This document shows positions 14,611 to 28,985 of a stretch of 64,000 nucleotides of DNA, in pieces. The position numbers and the translations under genes were made by a program. The notes under the pieces are model-generated. The model worked only from the letters and a program-made list of their open reading frames with translations, had not been told where the DNA came from and ran no database searches. The first letter of the stretch is position 1. Each line of letters begins with the position of its first letter. Source of the DNA: Eledone cirrhosa (Eukaryota); contig OZ024741.1 of assembly GCA_964016885.1 (NCBI GenBank), forward strand, positions 86,366,001 to 86,430,000, written 5' to 3'.

Positions 14611-17600
14611 ACATTCTTACCTCCTCGAGTCTACAGTCCTCCCCTCCCTCCACACACACACACACCTGGGTAGGGAGAGCCCATAAGTTAAGTCTATGAC
14701 CCACAACTTCCCTAGTGCTGGTGCCACAGTACAATGTACCCAGCATGCTTTGGTTAGTGTTAGGAAGGGCTTCTAGCTGTAGAGACCATGTCACAAAAAG
14801 TTGAAAGGACCCTTCAGTCATGACATGATAATCTATCTAGTGCTGGTGCCGTGAAAAATGCACTCAGTACACTGTGGAATGGTTAGTGATTCGAATGGCA
14901 TCCGGCAGTAGAAAAGCTGCCAGATAAAGCACCAGGAGGACTCTTCATATATATCAAGACGATAATCTCCTTGTGCTGGTGCACTCTGTTGAGTGTTGGA
15001 ACATATGTAAGCAAGATGCTGGCCCTTAGTCTGTCTGAGAGGTCAGTAGCTCTACTTAAGTACTAACTTGGTATGTGATAAGCTGTCCAGCACTTGCTAA
15101 CAGAAAATAGAAGTTTAATGATGATGATTAGCTGTTGCATAGTTTCCATCTACTAAATTATATTCAATGCCTGAAGCTATAAAGAGAGAGAGATCAGTAG
15201 TTCTGCTTGATTACTGACCAGTCTGTGATGACCCATCCAACCCTTGATAGCAGGGAAAAGTTGATAATGTATATCAAGCTTTTTGAGAACTTAACCCATG
15301 ATGGGATACATTATTAGATTTGTATTTTATCTGTTTTAATGCCATAGATTAAGGGTTATATATTTGGGGCAGGATACTTTTCAACTTTGCTTGCCACCAT
15401 ATCACATTGAAAAGATAGGTTCTCAGTCATGTCATATTACAAAATCTGCCTAGCTTAGTTTGTAGTCTATTTGCTTACATTGAAAATTTGTATGTGTTTG
15501 ATAAACCCATACTATTAGGTAAATAATAATAATAGGACATAATCTGAATTAAAAAGCTCTTTCTTGAATGAAATTCACTATTACAATTAAATAATGAAGA
15601 ATTTTATTGGAGTTATTAGAATTATCTCAATACTAAGATATCAACTTGACATAGTTCTTATATAAAATTATGTTGGATAGATTTTAATTTAAAATGGGTA
15701 GTTTTGTTTCATAGAATCAGAGCTGGTTTTGGCTAGGTTAGTATCAAAAGTTTTAATAGTTACACAAAGAGAAGATACTTAAAATTTTGAACAAAACTTT
15801 TTCTTTATTTTCTGAATATTCTTAGTCAAATGAAATCTATAATACCAATGATCTTATGGGTATAAATAACACTGTTGACAACTGTCTCACTTATATTTTC
15901 CTCCCACCTCTAATTTCTTCATTTTGTATTCATGTTTTCAAGGTAAGAGATTTTTCATTGCAGCAATTATTTTTACAACAGGATGCTCTTATGACTAACC
16001 ACAGGAATTCAGGAATCAAAACTACTTTGTTGGTTGGGCAAGTTGATATGGTTGATATTGCTCAAGAGAACAATACAGGGGTTGTAGCAAAATTGAACTC
16101 ATACTCATTTGGTCAGTAGTGTTTAGTATCTGAACCTAATAACTATTTTGTTTGTTAATATTATTTAAATGGTATTTCCCTTTCAGAAAATGTATTTTGA
16201 TTTAGTCCATACTCCATCCTGCAAGAATCAAAACCAGCTGTTCATGAGGAAGATGATTCCAAACCTTCAGACTTCAGACTTTCATTGTGCTCATTGGTGT
16301 CTTATTTTAGCTTTATTTATTTCACTGGTTGGTCACCTCAGCCAGTATATCTGTGTGTGTATGTAACTATCTTTACTCTTTATAAACTATTGTATTTTTG
16401 CAGTAAAAGGCCTTATCTTACATATCTCGCATAATATTGAATCTATGAGATTTTGATATTTATTTTGAGAACAATACCTTAAAGTCAGTATGAGGGGCTG
16501 GTTGGGGCCAGTTTGAACAGAAAAAGGTGCGAGAATTATGGCCGGTTTAAATGCTAAAGGGTTAAACTAAACAATAATCTGTAATTTCATGTGTGTGATT
16601 TTTAACATGACTGAGGAAAATTATATATGTTAAGTTATATTGGAGTTTATCAATATGTATCCGGGTGAAGATTATAGAAGCTCAATGCTAATAGGTATCC
16701 TTGGTCAATCAGTAATCCAAAAAGCTGGAAGATTTTTCAACCTCTGGATTATGTTATGGACTATTATGGCATTAACTGCAGAGCAATTCAAAATTTTAAT
16801 AAAATAACAATGAATAACCAGTTATGATGTACAACAATTATTTTACTCTACGAACGTTTCAATGGATTAAAAAGAAGCTACAGTGAATTCAGTAAGTGTG
16901 GTAAATGTTAAGTTGGTTTGCATAACTGCAAAAAAGAAATTAAATTAGAAGTCATACCAAACAAGAGGGTAGAGATGACTTTTTAGTTGTGCCAGTGGCA
17001 TAACAGCCGCTCTAGTACATAGTAAAGTGGTTGGTGATAGGAAAGGCATCCAACCTTAAAAAACTTGCCAAAGAAATAGTCAAGAAGACTCGTCAGATAT
17101 GTTTAAGACGTGACAACCTCCCTTGTGTTAGTGTCATGATAAAATGCACCCAGTACACTCTTTAAAGTATGGGAGTGTATGTGAGATGTGGGGTTAGAGG
17201 TTTGTAGCACTGCTTAGCTACTAGCCTTGCTCTGTAATGACCTGTCCATCTCTTTCTAGCAGAGAAAAAAGATGTTAAATGTTGATCATGATGATAATTC
17301 CATCAATATATAAAGTTAAGAAGTGAAATGACACTTAAGACAAGCATGATCAACATCTGTATTTATGGTAGTGTCTGTTGTATGTATGTGATCATAATCA
17401 TTGTCATCATGATTTAATGTCTGTTTTCTCTGCCAGCAAGTGTCAGATGGGATACCACAGAACAAATCAGTACTTATTTAGAGATACTGATCTCTGACAA
17501 TACAGGGGCTGCATTTCACTTATTCAATAAAAATAAAACATTTAATCATCATTGTTTAGCATCCTCTTTCCTTGTTAGTAATGTTTGGATGTGCTGTCCC

Positions 17601-18607
17601 AGACTGGTCAGTACTTAAGCAGAGCCACTGACCTCTAGGTGGGCTGAGGGCCCAACATAAGAAGCCATGCTCTATTGAGTGTATTTTATCACAACACCAA
17701 CACTAGGGAAGATATAGATGTAAAAAATATTTAGAATATGTGGTTTTTATATCATGCGTATTTTCAATAATGACTGCGCAGGTGTGGCACAAACTGGTTT
17801 CAAGCACCAACACTTGCCAGAGAGAAAAATGGAAGAGCATAGTGACTCATTGCCATGCGGCTGGAGGAACCAGATGACCAGATATGTTTAATAATAATAA
17901 TTGGTTACAGATTTCCAACAGTTCAATTACTATACATAGAGGATTTTACCACTTCTTAGACACACAATGTCAAATGATCTGTTTGATTTAAAGATTTTTG
18001 CATGCTAGTTCTTAGATTGCAATTTTTTTTATTATTACCGCCGAGGTTGACTTTGCCTTTCATCCTTACAGGGTCGATAAAATAAAGTACCAGTAATGCA
18101 CTGGATAATTGCTGGCCTTGTGCCTAAAGTAGAAACAATTATTACCCCTATTTCTCTTACTGCTATTTCTTCAGAAACTGTACACTTCAAGAAATGATTT
18201 TTCCAAGTTACCTGCATGTGTTGGTAGATACTAGCATTTATTTTATCTTGATTTTAACTTCGTTTGATACTCCTGCTGTGTTTAATTTTACCCATGCAAC
18301 TTGGCTGTACCAGATTCAGATATTTGGTTTATCTAGATAAATGATGCAGGTTTCAGCCCCATAAACTAAGTTGATAAAATAAAGTACCAGTAATGCACTG
18401 GGATCGATTTAATCAACTTTCCCTTCCCCTTCAAATTGCTGGCCTTGTGCATAAAGTAGAAACAATTATTAAAAACAATAACCATCATCATTAGATTTTT
18501 TTGGTGCCAGTACATAATCCTGTCTCTGTCCATTGCTCACTGGAAAAAAGCATTTTGTTATTTTGTAATATACCTGTAAATTTCTCTTGCTAAATTTAAG
18601 ACTTTAA

Positions 18608-18793
18608 CCCTTTAGCATTAAAACTGGCCATATCCAGGCAGAATTCTCTCACCTCTTTCAGTTCAAACCAGCTGTAACTGGCCTCTCACACTAATAAATA
18701 ATATCAAAATCTCATTGATACGATATTATGTGAGGTAAAGCCTTTACTGTGAAAATACAATAGTATATATAGAGTAATGTAAATGTTAAAGGG
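18608..18793. mobile_element. piggyBac-type non-autonomous MITE
   Basis: TTAA on both flanks (18604-07, 18794-97) with termini CCCTTTAGCATT...AATGTTAAAGGG. Related copies lie at about 16370-16562, 21790-21897 and 27592-27825. Confidence 0.65.
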
Positions 18794-19639
18794 TTAATGG
18801 TAACTAAGAAGACACTAATCCTTAATAGTTGATGTAGGTTTTGATAGTTAGCACTGTTCATTAATTTACCACTAATGTGGTTAATGTAATGCATTTAACA
18901 TAGTACTGTGGTTTGTACACTTGTCTTGCAAATATATCTATAAAACAAAAGCACAAAGTTTACTATTTTCTACCAATAATACAAGGGAAGGAGCCAATCA
19001 TCAAATGTTTCTGTTGATACTATCTGCTAGTCGCAATATGAAATAAAGTATTTTGTTCAAAAACACATGCTGGCTGATCAAGGAATCAAACTTTAGCACC
19101 CTAACCACTAGGCTACATACCTCCACCAACAAACCTGCTATAGAATTTCCAATAAAGAAAGCAAATACAGCATAGAGAAGCCTCCTTCCAGATTAAGTGC
19201 AGTTTTAAGAAATTAAAATTTTCTGTAGCACAAATAATTTGATCTTTGTAGGGGAACAGAAAAAACTGCCTAACACAAAAACTATTTGTATATCTATTAT
19301 TACTATTTGTAACAAAAATGTATACTTTCCCAAAACATTTGATATAGTAAACTGAGACATCATCATTTAACATCCGTTTTCCTTGCTAGCAATGGTTAAA
19401 CGGGTCATCACAGAGCCAGTGACCTCTCAGACAGGCCAGGGCACTCATCTCACTTGTATACGTTCTCATACTTTATAGAGTGTACTGGATCCATTTTATC
19501 ATGACACCAGCACTAGGATGTTGTCATGTTTTTGACAACTGAAGAATTTCTGAAAAATTTGAATTAAAGTTTGCTTAAAACTTTCTGCCATTGTACATTG
19601 ATTTCACATAGATGTACAATGACAGAAACTTGTCGGAGA

Positions 19640-20767
19640 GCGACCGGTATTTGAGGAGCTTGGCACCCCCCAAATCCCTCAGCCCGACGTGCAACAGAAC
19701 CTGGGTATATATTGATATATTGAAGGTAGATACGGAAATTAAAAGAGTGTTGTCATATAGAGAGTGAAGAGAGACAGTAAAGCAGTTAAATTATAGAGAG
19801 GGAGAGCGACGACTCTCAGCTTTATAATATTAGAGAGTGAAGAGCAACAGAGAGAGTAAAGCAGTTAAATTATAGAGAGGGGGGAAGAGCGACGGAGAGT
19901 GTAAAGCTAAGATACTATAGGGAGGTGTGTAGGGTACATACATAATACATACACACGGCACTCAGCTTTATAATATTACTAGCTGGCGCCCGGCTAGGTA
20001 TACCTGCCCCCACCACTCCACTGTGAAGATACCACACTCTCCCGTGTCACATTCTCCTTCCGACTCTCTCTCTCTCTCTGAATAACTAACACTTTAATTG
20101 TATATCTCTCTCTCTTTTCCCCTCCCTCTGTTTTTCTGTCTCTCTCTGTAGATGTGTGTGTGTAGTTTTCCTAATCTTTCTCTAAATCTCTCTCTCTCTC
20201 TCTGTATATATATTGAAGGGAGATACAAAAACTAAAGCAGTGTTGTCATATAGAGAGTGAAGAGCGACAGAGAGAGTAAAGCAGTTAAATTATAGAGACG
20301 GGGAATGATCTTATATACATATAAAGTATAGATGTGTGTGTCTGTGTGTTTTGTTTTGATGTTATCCGGCAATTGGGGAAATCAGGTGTGAAAGTATGTG
20401 TATTTGTGTGTGTGTGTTACTTATGCGAGCGACGATAGAAAAAGTGTGGGATACATACATTATTATATTTGTCAGGGTTGCCTTTTGATGTATTTATTAC
20501 CTGCTGTCATATAGAGAGTGAAAAGAGACAGAGAGTAAAGTAGTTAAATTATAGAGGAAGAAAGAGAGAGAGACGACGCTCAGCTTTATAATATTAAGAG
20601 TGAAGAGCGACAGAGATAGTAAAGCAGTTAATTATAGAGAGGGGGAATGATTTATTATAGAGAGAGAAAAGAGCGACAGAGAGAGTACAGCTAAGAAACT
20701 ATAGGGAGGTGTGTAGGATGCATACATAATACATACACATGACACTCAGCTTTATAATATTATAGAT
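19640..20767. mobile_element. Non-autonomous Helitron/Helentron-like element with internal tandem repeats
   Basis: Repeated GAGAGTGAAGAGCGACAGAGAGTAAAGCAGTTAAATTATAGAG units and a CAGCTTTATAATATTA motif. There is a TACTAGC...CCCGGC start-like sequence at about 19977 and a ...TATAGAT end. The class assignment is inferred. Confidence 0.45.
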
Positions 20768-20999
20768 ATGCATCAATTGCCCCTACCCCATTCACCCTCA
20801 CCAACTATATTCCATTCACCTCATCCACTTTCCATGCCCCTGAAGTACCTCTCCTGTTCTGTTCAACCCATGTGTACAAGCATGGTAAGCTGGACATGCT
20901 CCAAATCTACCCCCCCCCCCCCCGACACACACACACATACACTCTCATAATGATCCTGCCCTGACAAAAACCACTTAGTCCATTGTCTATGGCAATCTG

Positions 21000-21500
21000 G
21001 TTCCATAACAAAAAACACCCAGTCCATCTTGTAAGGTGGTCATACTGGTAACATGACAAGAGGCAACTCCAAATGCACTCTATAAGATGGTTGTGCTGGT
21101 GAAATTTCAGGTGGCTCCTAGTTCACCATATATAGAGGTTGTGCCAGTGACAAGAAAAAGTACGCAGTCCACCATGTTGTGTGGTTGTGATGGTAACATA
21201 GCCAACAGCACCCAGTCCACCCTGTGAAGTGTTCATGCTGGTGATATAACAAAAACTACCCAGTCCACTATGAGGTGGTCAAGCTGGTGAGTCCACCCTG
21301 TTAGGTAATCATTTTGGTGCCACAATATTAGACACCCAGTTCAGACTATAATGTGATTGGAGTTAGGAAGGGCATCCAGCCATAGAAACCAAGCCAAAAT
21401 ATAGATCTGTATGAGATGTGGTTTCCTGACCTGAAGTGTCTCATAACACAGCAACCTGTCTAACCCATGCAAGCATAGAAAATGGATATTAAACGAAGAT
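21000..21500 (+). repeat. Degenerate ~45-bp tandem array ending in an RTE-related SINE tail
   Basis: Repeated CACCCAGTCCAC..TGTAAGGTGGT units followed by GGAAGGGCATCCAGC...AACCCATGC..GCAT..AAAATGGA. Confidence 0.55.
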
Positions 21501-21532
21501 AATATCTATCTATCTATCTATATATATATATA

Positions 21533-21625
21533 AATATTCATTTTATTAAGGCTAAATAGTGAGTCAGGGTTTCATGAAACTCCAGAGTAACAAGATTCAC
21601 TATTTAACCTTAATAAAATGAATAT
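21533..21625. repeat. Short fold-back inverted repeat (Penelope-tail type)
   Basis: ATATTCATTTTATTAAGGCTAAATAGTGAGTC ... GATTCACTATTTAACCTTAATAAAATGAATAT, followed by an ACTCT..TTGAGT tail. Confidence 0.75.
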
Positions 21626-22242
21626 CTAAACTCTATTTCAGTATTTGAGTACTCTTTTCTCTTGTCCATAACTACATACGGATTTATATTGCAATTTTAT
21701 TCAAGTTAGGTGGCAAACCGGCAATCATTAGAACAGTGGATAGAATGCTTCAGAGGATTCATTCTAGTTCTCTGAGCTCTGAATTCAACCCATAATTCTC
21801 ATAGATTCGATATTATGTGAGACAATTATGTAAGATAAAGCCTTTACTGTGAAAATACAATAGTATATATACAGAGTAATGTAAATGCTAGAGGGTTAAT
21901 CAAGATGGATTATTTTAGATGATGTGATGAATATGTTGGTATGGTATGGACCTGAAAACTCTAGAGGGAAACGTAGGGGCACCATATTGACATACAGCAT
22001 TTCTTAGGGCATTTTAAAACTTGACAGAGACCACCCCCTCCCAAGGCCTGAGTACAGCATATTTCTTCCAGAGAAGGATGGAAGTGAGGAAGAAATATAG
22101 AGGCGGAATTGACCCCTGTATTAGACTATTACTTTTGTTTTACCTTGGCAGGGTTTGAACTGAGAGAGTAGAGAGCTGGAATGAATATTGCAAAGCACTC
22201 TATCTGATGTTCTAATGACTCTGCCAATTCAATCAATGTATT

Positions 22243-23043
22243 ATAATAATTATAATAATAATAATAATGAAAATATTGTGTACAGTGCTCAGGTGCACTA
22301 CAACTCATCAAAAGTGTATGTATAGTCCATAAGGTAATGTACAAACGTCAGGAAAATGAACAGTGCATGAGTCATGATATACACGTGTGCATGTGTATGG
22401 AAAGGGGACATCAGGTGTAGTTTTGGTGAATTTTGGGAAGCATGAGGGTTTTAAAGGATGCAGTGTTTCGGCAGCTAACAACTGATGCAGGCAGTTTGTT
22501 CCATGCTTCAGTAACTCTAAGCGTGAAAAAATGTTTCTGAAAGTCATGGGAGCTGTGCTGTTTTCTGACTTTGTAGGCATGTCCACGTGTATTAGACACA
22601 TGGAGATCAAAAAGGTGCTCAGGGTTCTTGGTGAGATGGTTAATAACTTTGTGGGTGTTTACCAAGTCCATTGCCAGACGTCGGAGCTTCTTCATTTTCC
22701 TGACGTTTGTACATTACCCTATGTACTATACATACACTTTTGATGAGTTGTAGTGCACCTGAGCACTGTACACAATATTTTCATTTTTATGCCCAGGGAA
22801 GCAAGGCGTTCAGAGTATGGTAGGTGTCTGATGGAGGGTACACACTTGGTTGCACATCTCTGAATAGTTTCCAGGAGGTCAATGTTCTGAGCAAGATAGG
22901 GGTTCCAGACTGATGATGTGAATTCCAAGGGTGGTCGTACCATAGCTGTATACAGCTTTAAATAGATGACTGGAGAGCGGCTAACAAAGGTCTTGATGAG
23001 TGATGCCAAGACACCCTCAGCCTTCTTGACAATTTTAGAGATA
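22243..23043 (-). mobile_element. 5'-truncated CR1-type LINE
   Basis: RT C-terminal remnants (LYTAMVRPPLEF..SVWNPY, TRGHAYKV, FFTLRVTEAWNKLP). It shares its 3' end and (ATT)n tail with the other CR1 copies. Confidence 0.85.
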
Positions 23044-24299
23044 TGAAAAACAAGATTTTTAAATTTGTATCTTATATTTCATTAATATGATGTAATTTAA
23101 ATGTTCCATATAAATAATATTTAATAAACATTTTTTTTAAATATTTCATATGGATTATATTCAATTCCACAACATGTATGAATGAATGAACCATTAAATG
23201 CTGATGAAGCTATTATGAAATTATATATTATATTATATTAAATGCTGATGAAGCTATTATAAACCTGGCAGAGCTCATCCTCCTTCCTGCTGTGAACACA
23301 GCTGAGATCTTTCAGAGAAAGAGTGGGGAAGTGAGAAAGAGGTATAGTGGAACAGTCAACTCCAGTACTGGACTGTTACTGCTTATTGACCACGAAAGGA
23401 TGCAAGGTGAGGTTGATCTCAGCAGGATTTGAACTCAGAGAGCTGGAACAAATATCACAAATCATTCTATTCAACACCCCATAACTTTGGTTGATCAATA
23501 TTTCTTCTTTTATCCACTCCAATACAAATGTATCTTAAATTTTACTTTTAGAAAAAATTTCCATGTAGTCTTGAGAGATAACTAAATGCTCAGCTATTAC
23601 TACTACAACTATGAATTTAGTTTCCTTTTCCTCTCCTGGTCCATATGTCTAATAAAATCTAGATAATATAATTGTTTCTACTTTTGGCACAAGGCCAGCA
23701 ATTATCCAGTGCATTACTGGTACTTTATTTTATAGACCCTGTAAGGATGAAAGGCAAAGTTAACGTCGGCGGGATTTGAACTCAGAATGGCAAGGGCCGT
23801 AACTCTATACATCAAAGCATGGTGTCCGGCCTTCTACCGATACTGCCAATCCACCGGCCTTTCTAGATAATATAATAAAAATTATTATGTACAGTTACAC
23901 TACAACTCATCAAAGGTGCATGTATAGTACATAGAATAATGTAGTTATTAGAACAGTGGATAGAATGCTTCAGAGGATTCATTCTAGTTCTTTGTGTTCT
24001 GAATTCAAATCCCGCCAAAATAAACTTTGTTTTCATTCTTTCGAGATTGATAAAGTACTTGTCCAGTACTGGAGTCGATACTTTTTTTGTTCAGACCTGC
24101 GAAGTTTAAAGGCTCATGACATGCAATATATCACTATGGTGCCCCTATTATCCAATCAGAAGTTAAGAGCCCATGCAACTTTAATCAAGATGGATTATTT
24201 TAGATGATGCGATGATGATGGTGATGAATATGTTGGTACGGTATGGACCTGAAAACTCTAGAGGGAAACGGGCACCATATTGACATACAGCATTTCTTA

Positions 24300-25922
24300 C
24301 TCAGACTCAGAAGCTCCCGCGTCTTGCGATGCATGAGGCAATCATAGTGTTCCATCGCGTTCGGTCAGCAGCCAGTCGCACAGCGTCCCGCCATTGTCTG
24401 TTTGTCGCTCGCAGGCCCCTCTCAACTGTCTGGCGCCAGTTCATTTTGGGTCGCCCTCTCCATCTGCTTCCCTGCGGCTTCATTTAAGTACTTGGTTCGC
24501 CAGTCTCTCCGGGGGAAGTCTCAAAGCATGTCCAAACCAGCCCAGGCATCGCTTGCAGATGGTAGAAGAGACTAGCTGCTGGTTGGTGCGGTTCCTGACT
24601 TCCTGGTTTGTTACATGGTCACTCCATTTAATCCCCAGGATCTTTCGCAGACATCTGGAATCGAATGCGTCCAACTTCTTCTCTTGGCTGGTCTTAAAGT
24701 GCCATGTTTCACTTCCGTACAAGAGTGTGGACAGCACGTTGCTGTTGTAGAATCTCATCTTTGTTTTGAGGGTGAACTTCCTGCTCTTCCAGATCTTGTC
24801 AAGCTGGTTAAATGCTGCTGAAGCCTTTCCCATTCTACATTGCAGTTCACTGACCATGGTGCCCTCATTGTTAATGGAGCTTCCTAGGTAGGTGAAGTTG
24901 TCCACTATCTCCACCTCCCCCTGTTCAATGAAGACACTGGTTGATGGTGGGTGTGTCCCAGATAACATGCTTTTGGTCTTCTTGGTACTGATATTGAGAC
25001 CTAAGCTTCCTGCTTCGACATTGATATTGTTCACAATGATTTGCAGGTCAGCTGTGCTCTCTGCAAGTGCAGCAATATCGTCTGCAAAGTCCAGGTCAGA
25101 CAACTTCTGCTCTCCCACCCAAGATATACCCTGGTCTTTAGATGCTCTTCTTAGTACCCAGTCAATGGCTATGGCAAAGAGAATTGGAGAGAGCGAGCAA
25201 CCTTGACGCACGCCAGTAACCACCTCAAACCAGTCACTGTAACCATCTTCTGTCCGTATGCAGCACTTGGAGTTTGTGTAAATCTGTTTGATTGCCGAAA
25301 TGACTTTCTGCGGCAGACCATACTCATGCATGATGCTCCAGAGCGACGGTCGATAAATGCTATCGAATGCTTTGGAGAAATTGATGAAGCTGATGGCGAG
25401 GGGCCTCTGGAATTCATTGTACCTCTCAATGATGCGGTGTAGCGCAAAGATCTGCTCTGCACAGGAACGTTTTGGATGGAACCCTGCCTGTTGTTCTCGC
25501 AGTTCCCTGTCTACCATGCCACGCATGCGGTTCAGGATCACTAGACAATAGACCTTCCCTGGTATGGAGAGAAGTGTCACTCCCCTCCAGTTGTCACAAT
25601 CGGCAAGGTTGCCCTTTTTGGGGATACAGACAACCGCTCCATTTCTCCAGTCTTCTGGGACTTCACTCGTGTTCCACACAAGATTACATAAGTGGCCCAG
25701 CCACTTGACCATGCTTTCGCCTCCTGATTTCAGCAGAAATGCCATCCATACCTGGTGACTTGTTATTCTTAAGGGTTTTGATGGTCATGCAGACTTCCTT
25801 CTCGGTGAAGTCATCAGTATTGATTGGTAACAAACTAGTAGGTTCCTTAGTGCCTGCTGGCAAATAGTTGGTTGAGGACTTCTTTGAAATGTTCAGCCCA
25901 TCTGAAATGTTCAACCCATTTG
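24300..25922 (-). mobile_element. 5'-truncated RTE-clade LINE (RT ORF 24480-25745)
   Basis: 421-aa RT ORF with KKGNLADCDNWRGVTLLS, GVRQGCSLSP, LDFADD, FTYLGS, LLYGSETW. An 11-bp TSD AGCATTTCTTA lies at 24289-24299 and 25923-25933. Confidence 0.92.
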
Positions 25923-26838
25923 AGCATTTCTTAGGGCATTTTAAAACCTGACAGAGACCACCCCCTCCCAAGGCCTGAGTACAGCATATTTCTTCCAGAG
26001 AAGGATGGAAGAAATATAGAGGTGGAATTGGCCCCTGTATTGGACTATTACTTTTGTTTTACCTTGGCAGGGTTTGAACTGAGAGAGCAGAGTGCTGGAA
26101 TGAATATTGAAAAGCACTCTCACCGATGTTCTAATGACTCTGCCAATTCACCCAATGTATCATGGGATACCAAAAACAATATTTTTGAATGGGTATCTTA
26201 TATTTCATTAATATGATGTAATTTAAATATTCCAAATAAAAAATATTTATTAAAAATAACACCACGCATATTATACACATGAAATTCAAGAAGGTGCTCA
26301 GGGTTGTTGTTGGAAAGAGGGTTAATAATCTTGTGGGTGTCTACCAAGTCAGTTGCCAGACGTTGGAGCTTTAATGTATCCATGCCCTGGGAAGCAAGGC
26401 GTTCAGAGTATTGTAGATCAACAAATGTATTTCTTCGTTCCTAAGATGTATCACATTTAGAATTCTTTTGCAGGCATATTTTTAACCACTACTAATTTGA
26501 AGCTTGTATATTTATTTTTTATTATTTTTTAGGATCTTGTTACAAATACTATGCAATGTATAGTATTTCAACTTCAGTACGTAATATGAAACGTTTCATC
26601 TATGATTCATGAGTGTTTAGTAATTTAGATTTTGGTATTAACCCTTTATCATTAAACAGTTCTTATATCAAATCACATGGATTTTCTTAATTTCATCATT
26701 TTTATGGTAAATCAAAATATTTTAAATAATTACTAATACAAATACTACAGGATGAATATATCCTGTCAAATGTAAAGGATTTTTTAACAGATTAGTTAGA
26801 ATCAATAAATATTATATTATATTATGTTATATTATTAA

Positions 26839-27030
26839 GGGCGGTGGATTGGCAGTATCGGTAGAGTGTCAGACACCATGCTTTGCAGTATAGAATTACG
26901 GCCCTTTGCGGTCTGAGTTCAAATCCCGCTGAGGTTAACTTTGCCTTTCATCCTTACGGGGTTGATAAAATAAAGCACCAGTAATGCACTGGGATAATTG
27001 CTGGCCTTGTGCCAAAAGTAGAAACAATTA
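26839..27030 (+). mobile_element. tRNA-derived SINE (most abundant family in the window)
   Basis: B-box GAGTTCAAATCCC and core GCCTTTCATCCTTACGGGGT.GATAAAATAAAG, ending GTAGAAACAATTAT. Other copies lie at about 10135-10280, 13770-13960, 18038-18142, 23670-23860(-), 32590-32775(-), 35005-35195(-) and 35300-35495(-). Confidence 0.8.
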
Positions 27031-27084
27031 TATTATAAATACTATATTATAATTCCCACCAAAAAAGGTTCCTCACTGACACAA

Positions 27085-27252
27085 TGGGAAAGGCATTGCC
27101 ATGGAGAATGGACAGCAACAGCCACTCTGCCTTAAGGAGATCCTTCCTTAAGTGGGCTGCTGTCTTTCTGATTTTTTAGAGGAAATCAGCAGTGTAGGGA
27201 CTGAGGTCACCAAATGTCTCAACAGCAACCAGTTTGAAAAGGAAGCAACTGA
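27085..27252 (-). mobile_element. Relic restriction-like endonuclease C-terminus of a CRE/NeSL-type non-LTR element
   Basis: The minus strand reads FLFKLVAVETFGDLSPYTADFL*KI...LLSILHGNA, like the RLE-end motif P.AVET.G..G..A..FL...QRGNA. Confidence 0.5.
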
Positions 27253-28725
27253 GTGTAATTGTGATACATTTTGAGAGGATAATCATTGAATCATAGATTA
27301 TTTCCCAGTTATTAGTCCACTATAGATTTTTTAAAGGTTTGATTGTATGTGGCCTTTTTTAACTAAAGTATTGAGTTGTGAATTCCTAATATATGTTAAT
27401 GAATTTTAAAAATCCTACATCAACTGAATCCACTTTTTCTGCACTCACTACTTCAATTTCAGGCATATTAAACCAAGAACTAAACATCACAACATGCCCA
27501 ATGCAAGACAGCACTAAAATATAGTACCTTATTTATTCAGTAATTTTAATGTTACAGCTTCTTCAGTTTCTCACTTAGCCTTTAATTAATGCTTTAGCAT
27601 TTACATTACTCTATATATATATGCTATTGTATTTTTGTGGTAAAGGCTTTACCCCACATAATTATCTCACACAATATCGAATCTGAGATTTTAATATTAT
27701 TTATTTTGAGAACAATACCTTAACATCAGTATGAGTGACCAGTTACAGCCAGTTTGAACAGAATTTTGGCCAGATATGGCCAGTTTAAATGCTAAGGTTA
27801 AACCAATAGTTTAAATGCTAAGGGTTAAACCAATAGCTATCTTTTAACTTTAGAAACCTTTTTCTTCTGTTTGCACTCCTGATTAACTCTAACTTACTGA
27901 TCACAATTACCTTTTTTCATATCTCATAGCTGACTACTACCTTACTATCACATCAAATAATATTGTATGAATTTCTCACAACACAATTTTGGATTTCACA
28001 CTTAATTCATCAAAAACAAATATGATTTTATCCAAAGATTAACAGCTGCAGTCAAAGAACAGATTGGCTAATCTAACAGATGTCAAATATTCTATACCAA
28101 AGCCTTGATATCCAGATATAAATTATTCAAAACTAAGGATATATACAAAAATGTGCCAGGAGAAATTTTCTCAACTTAAGAACTTTTCAGATTTATCAAT
28201 GACATTTTCAAACAACAAAGAATAATCAAGATGAAATTACTAATTAACAAATATAAATCATGCATAAATGATTAGGAATAATATTCTGTTGAAAAATTCA
28301 TGTATTAAGTCATGAAACTGCTACAGGTCTTTATTATAAAGTCAAACATTACATGACATTTATTTACAGTAAATGACATTTATTTATAAATAGCGAAACA
28401 CAGAAAATTGGTTAAAGCTTTTACTGTTGATGATTAATGGAAATTAATATAATTAATATTATTATAAACTGTAAATAAGGTTTAACATTTACTATTGTTA
28501 AAAACTGTATAGTATTAGATATACACTTTGTATGCATTTTCATCTTTATATATATATATATAAAGTCTAAAGTCTGTCTTAAGCCTGAAGGCTTGTTAGG
28601 CCAGTGCTTATCCCAGTTTCTTGCTCAAGAACATAACACACAACCCAGCCCAGGGATTGAACCCACAACATTATGGTCATAAGTCCAACATCCTTACCAC
28701 TAGGCCACTATATATCTATATCTAT

Positions 28726-28985
<260 letters not shown>

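Noticed and set aside
15856-16366. Two short ORFs with some splice-like signals
   Set aside because: No recognisable domain and no consistent exon chain could be built.
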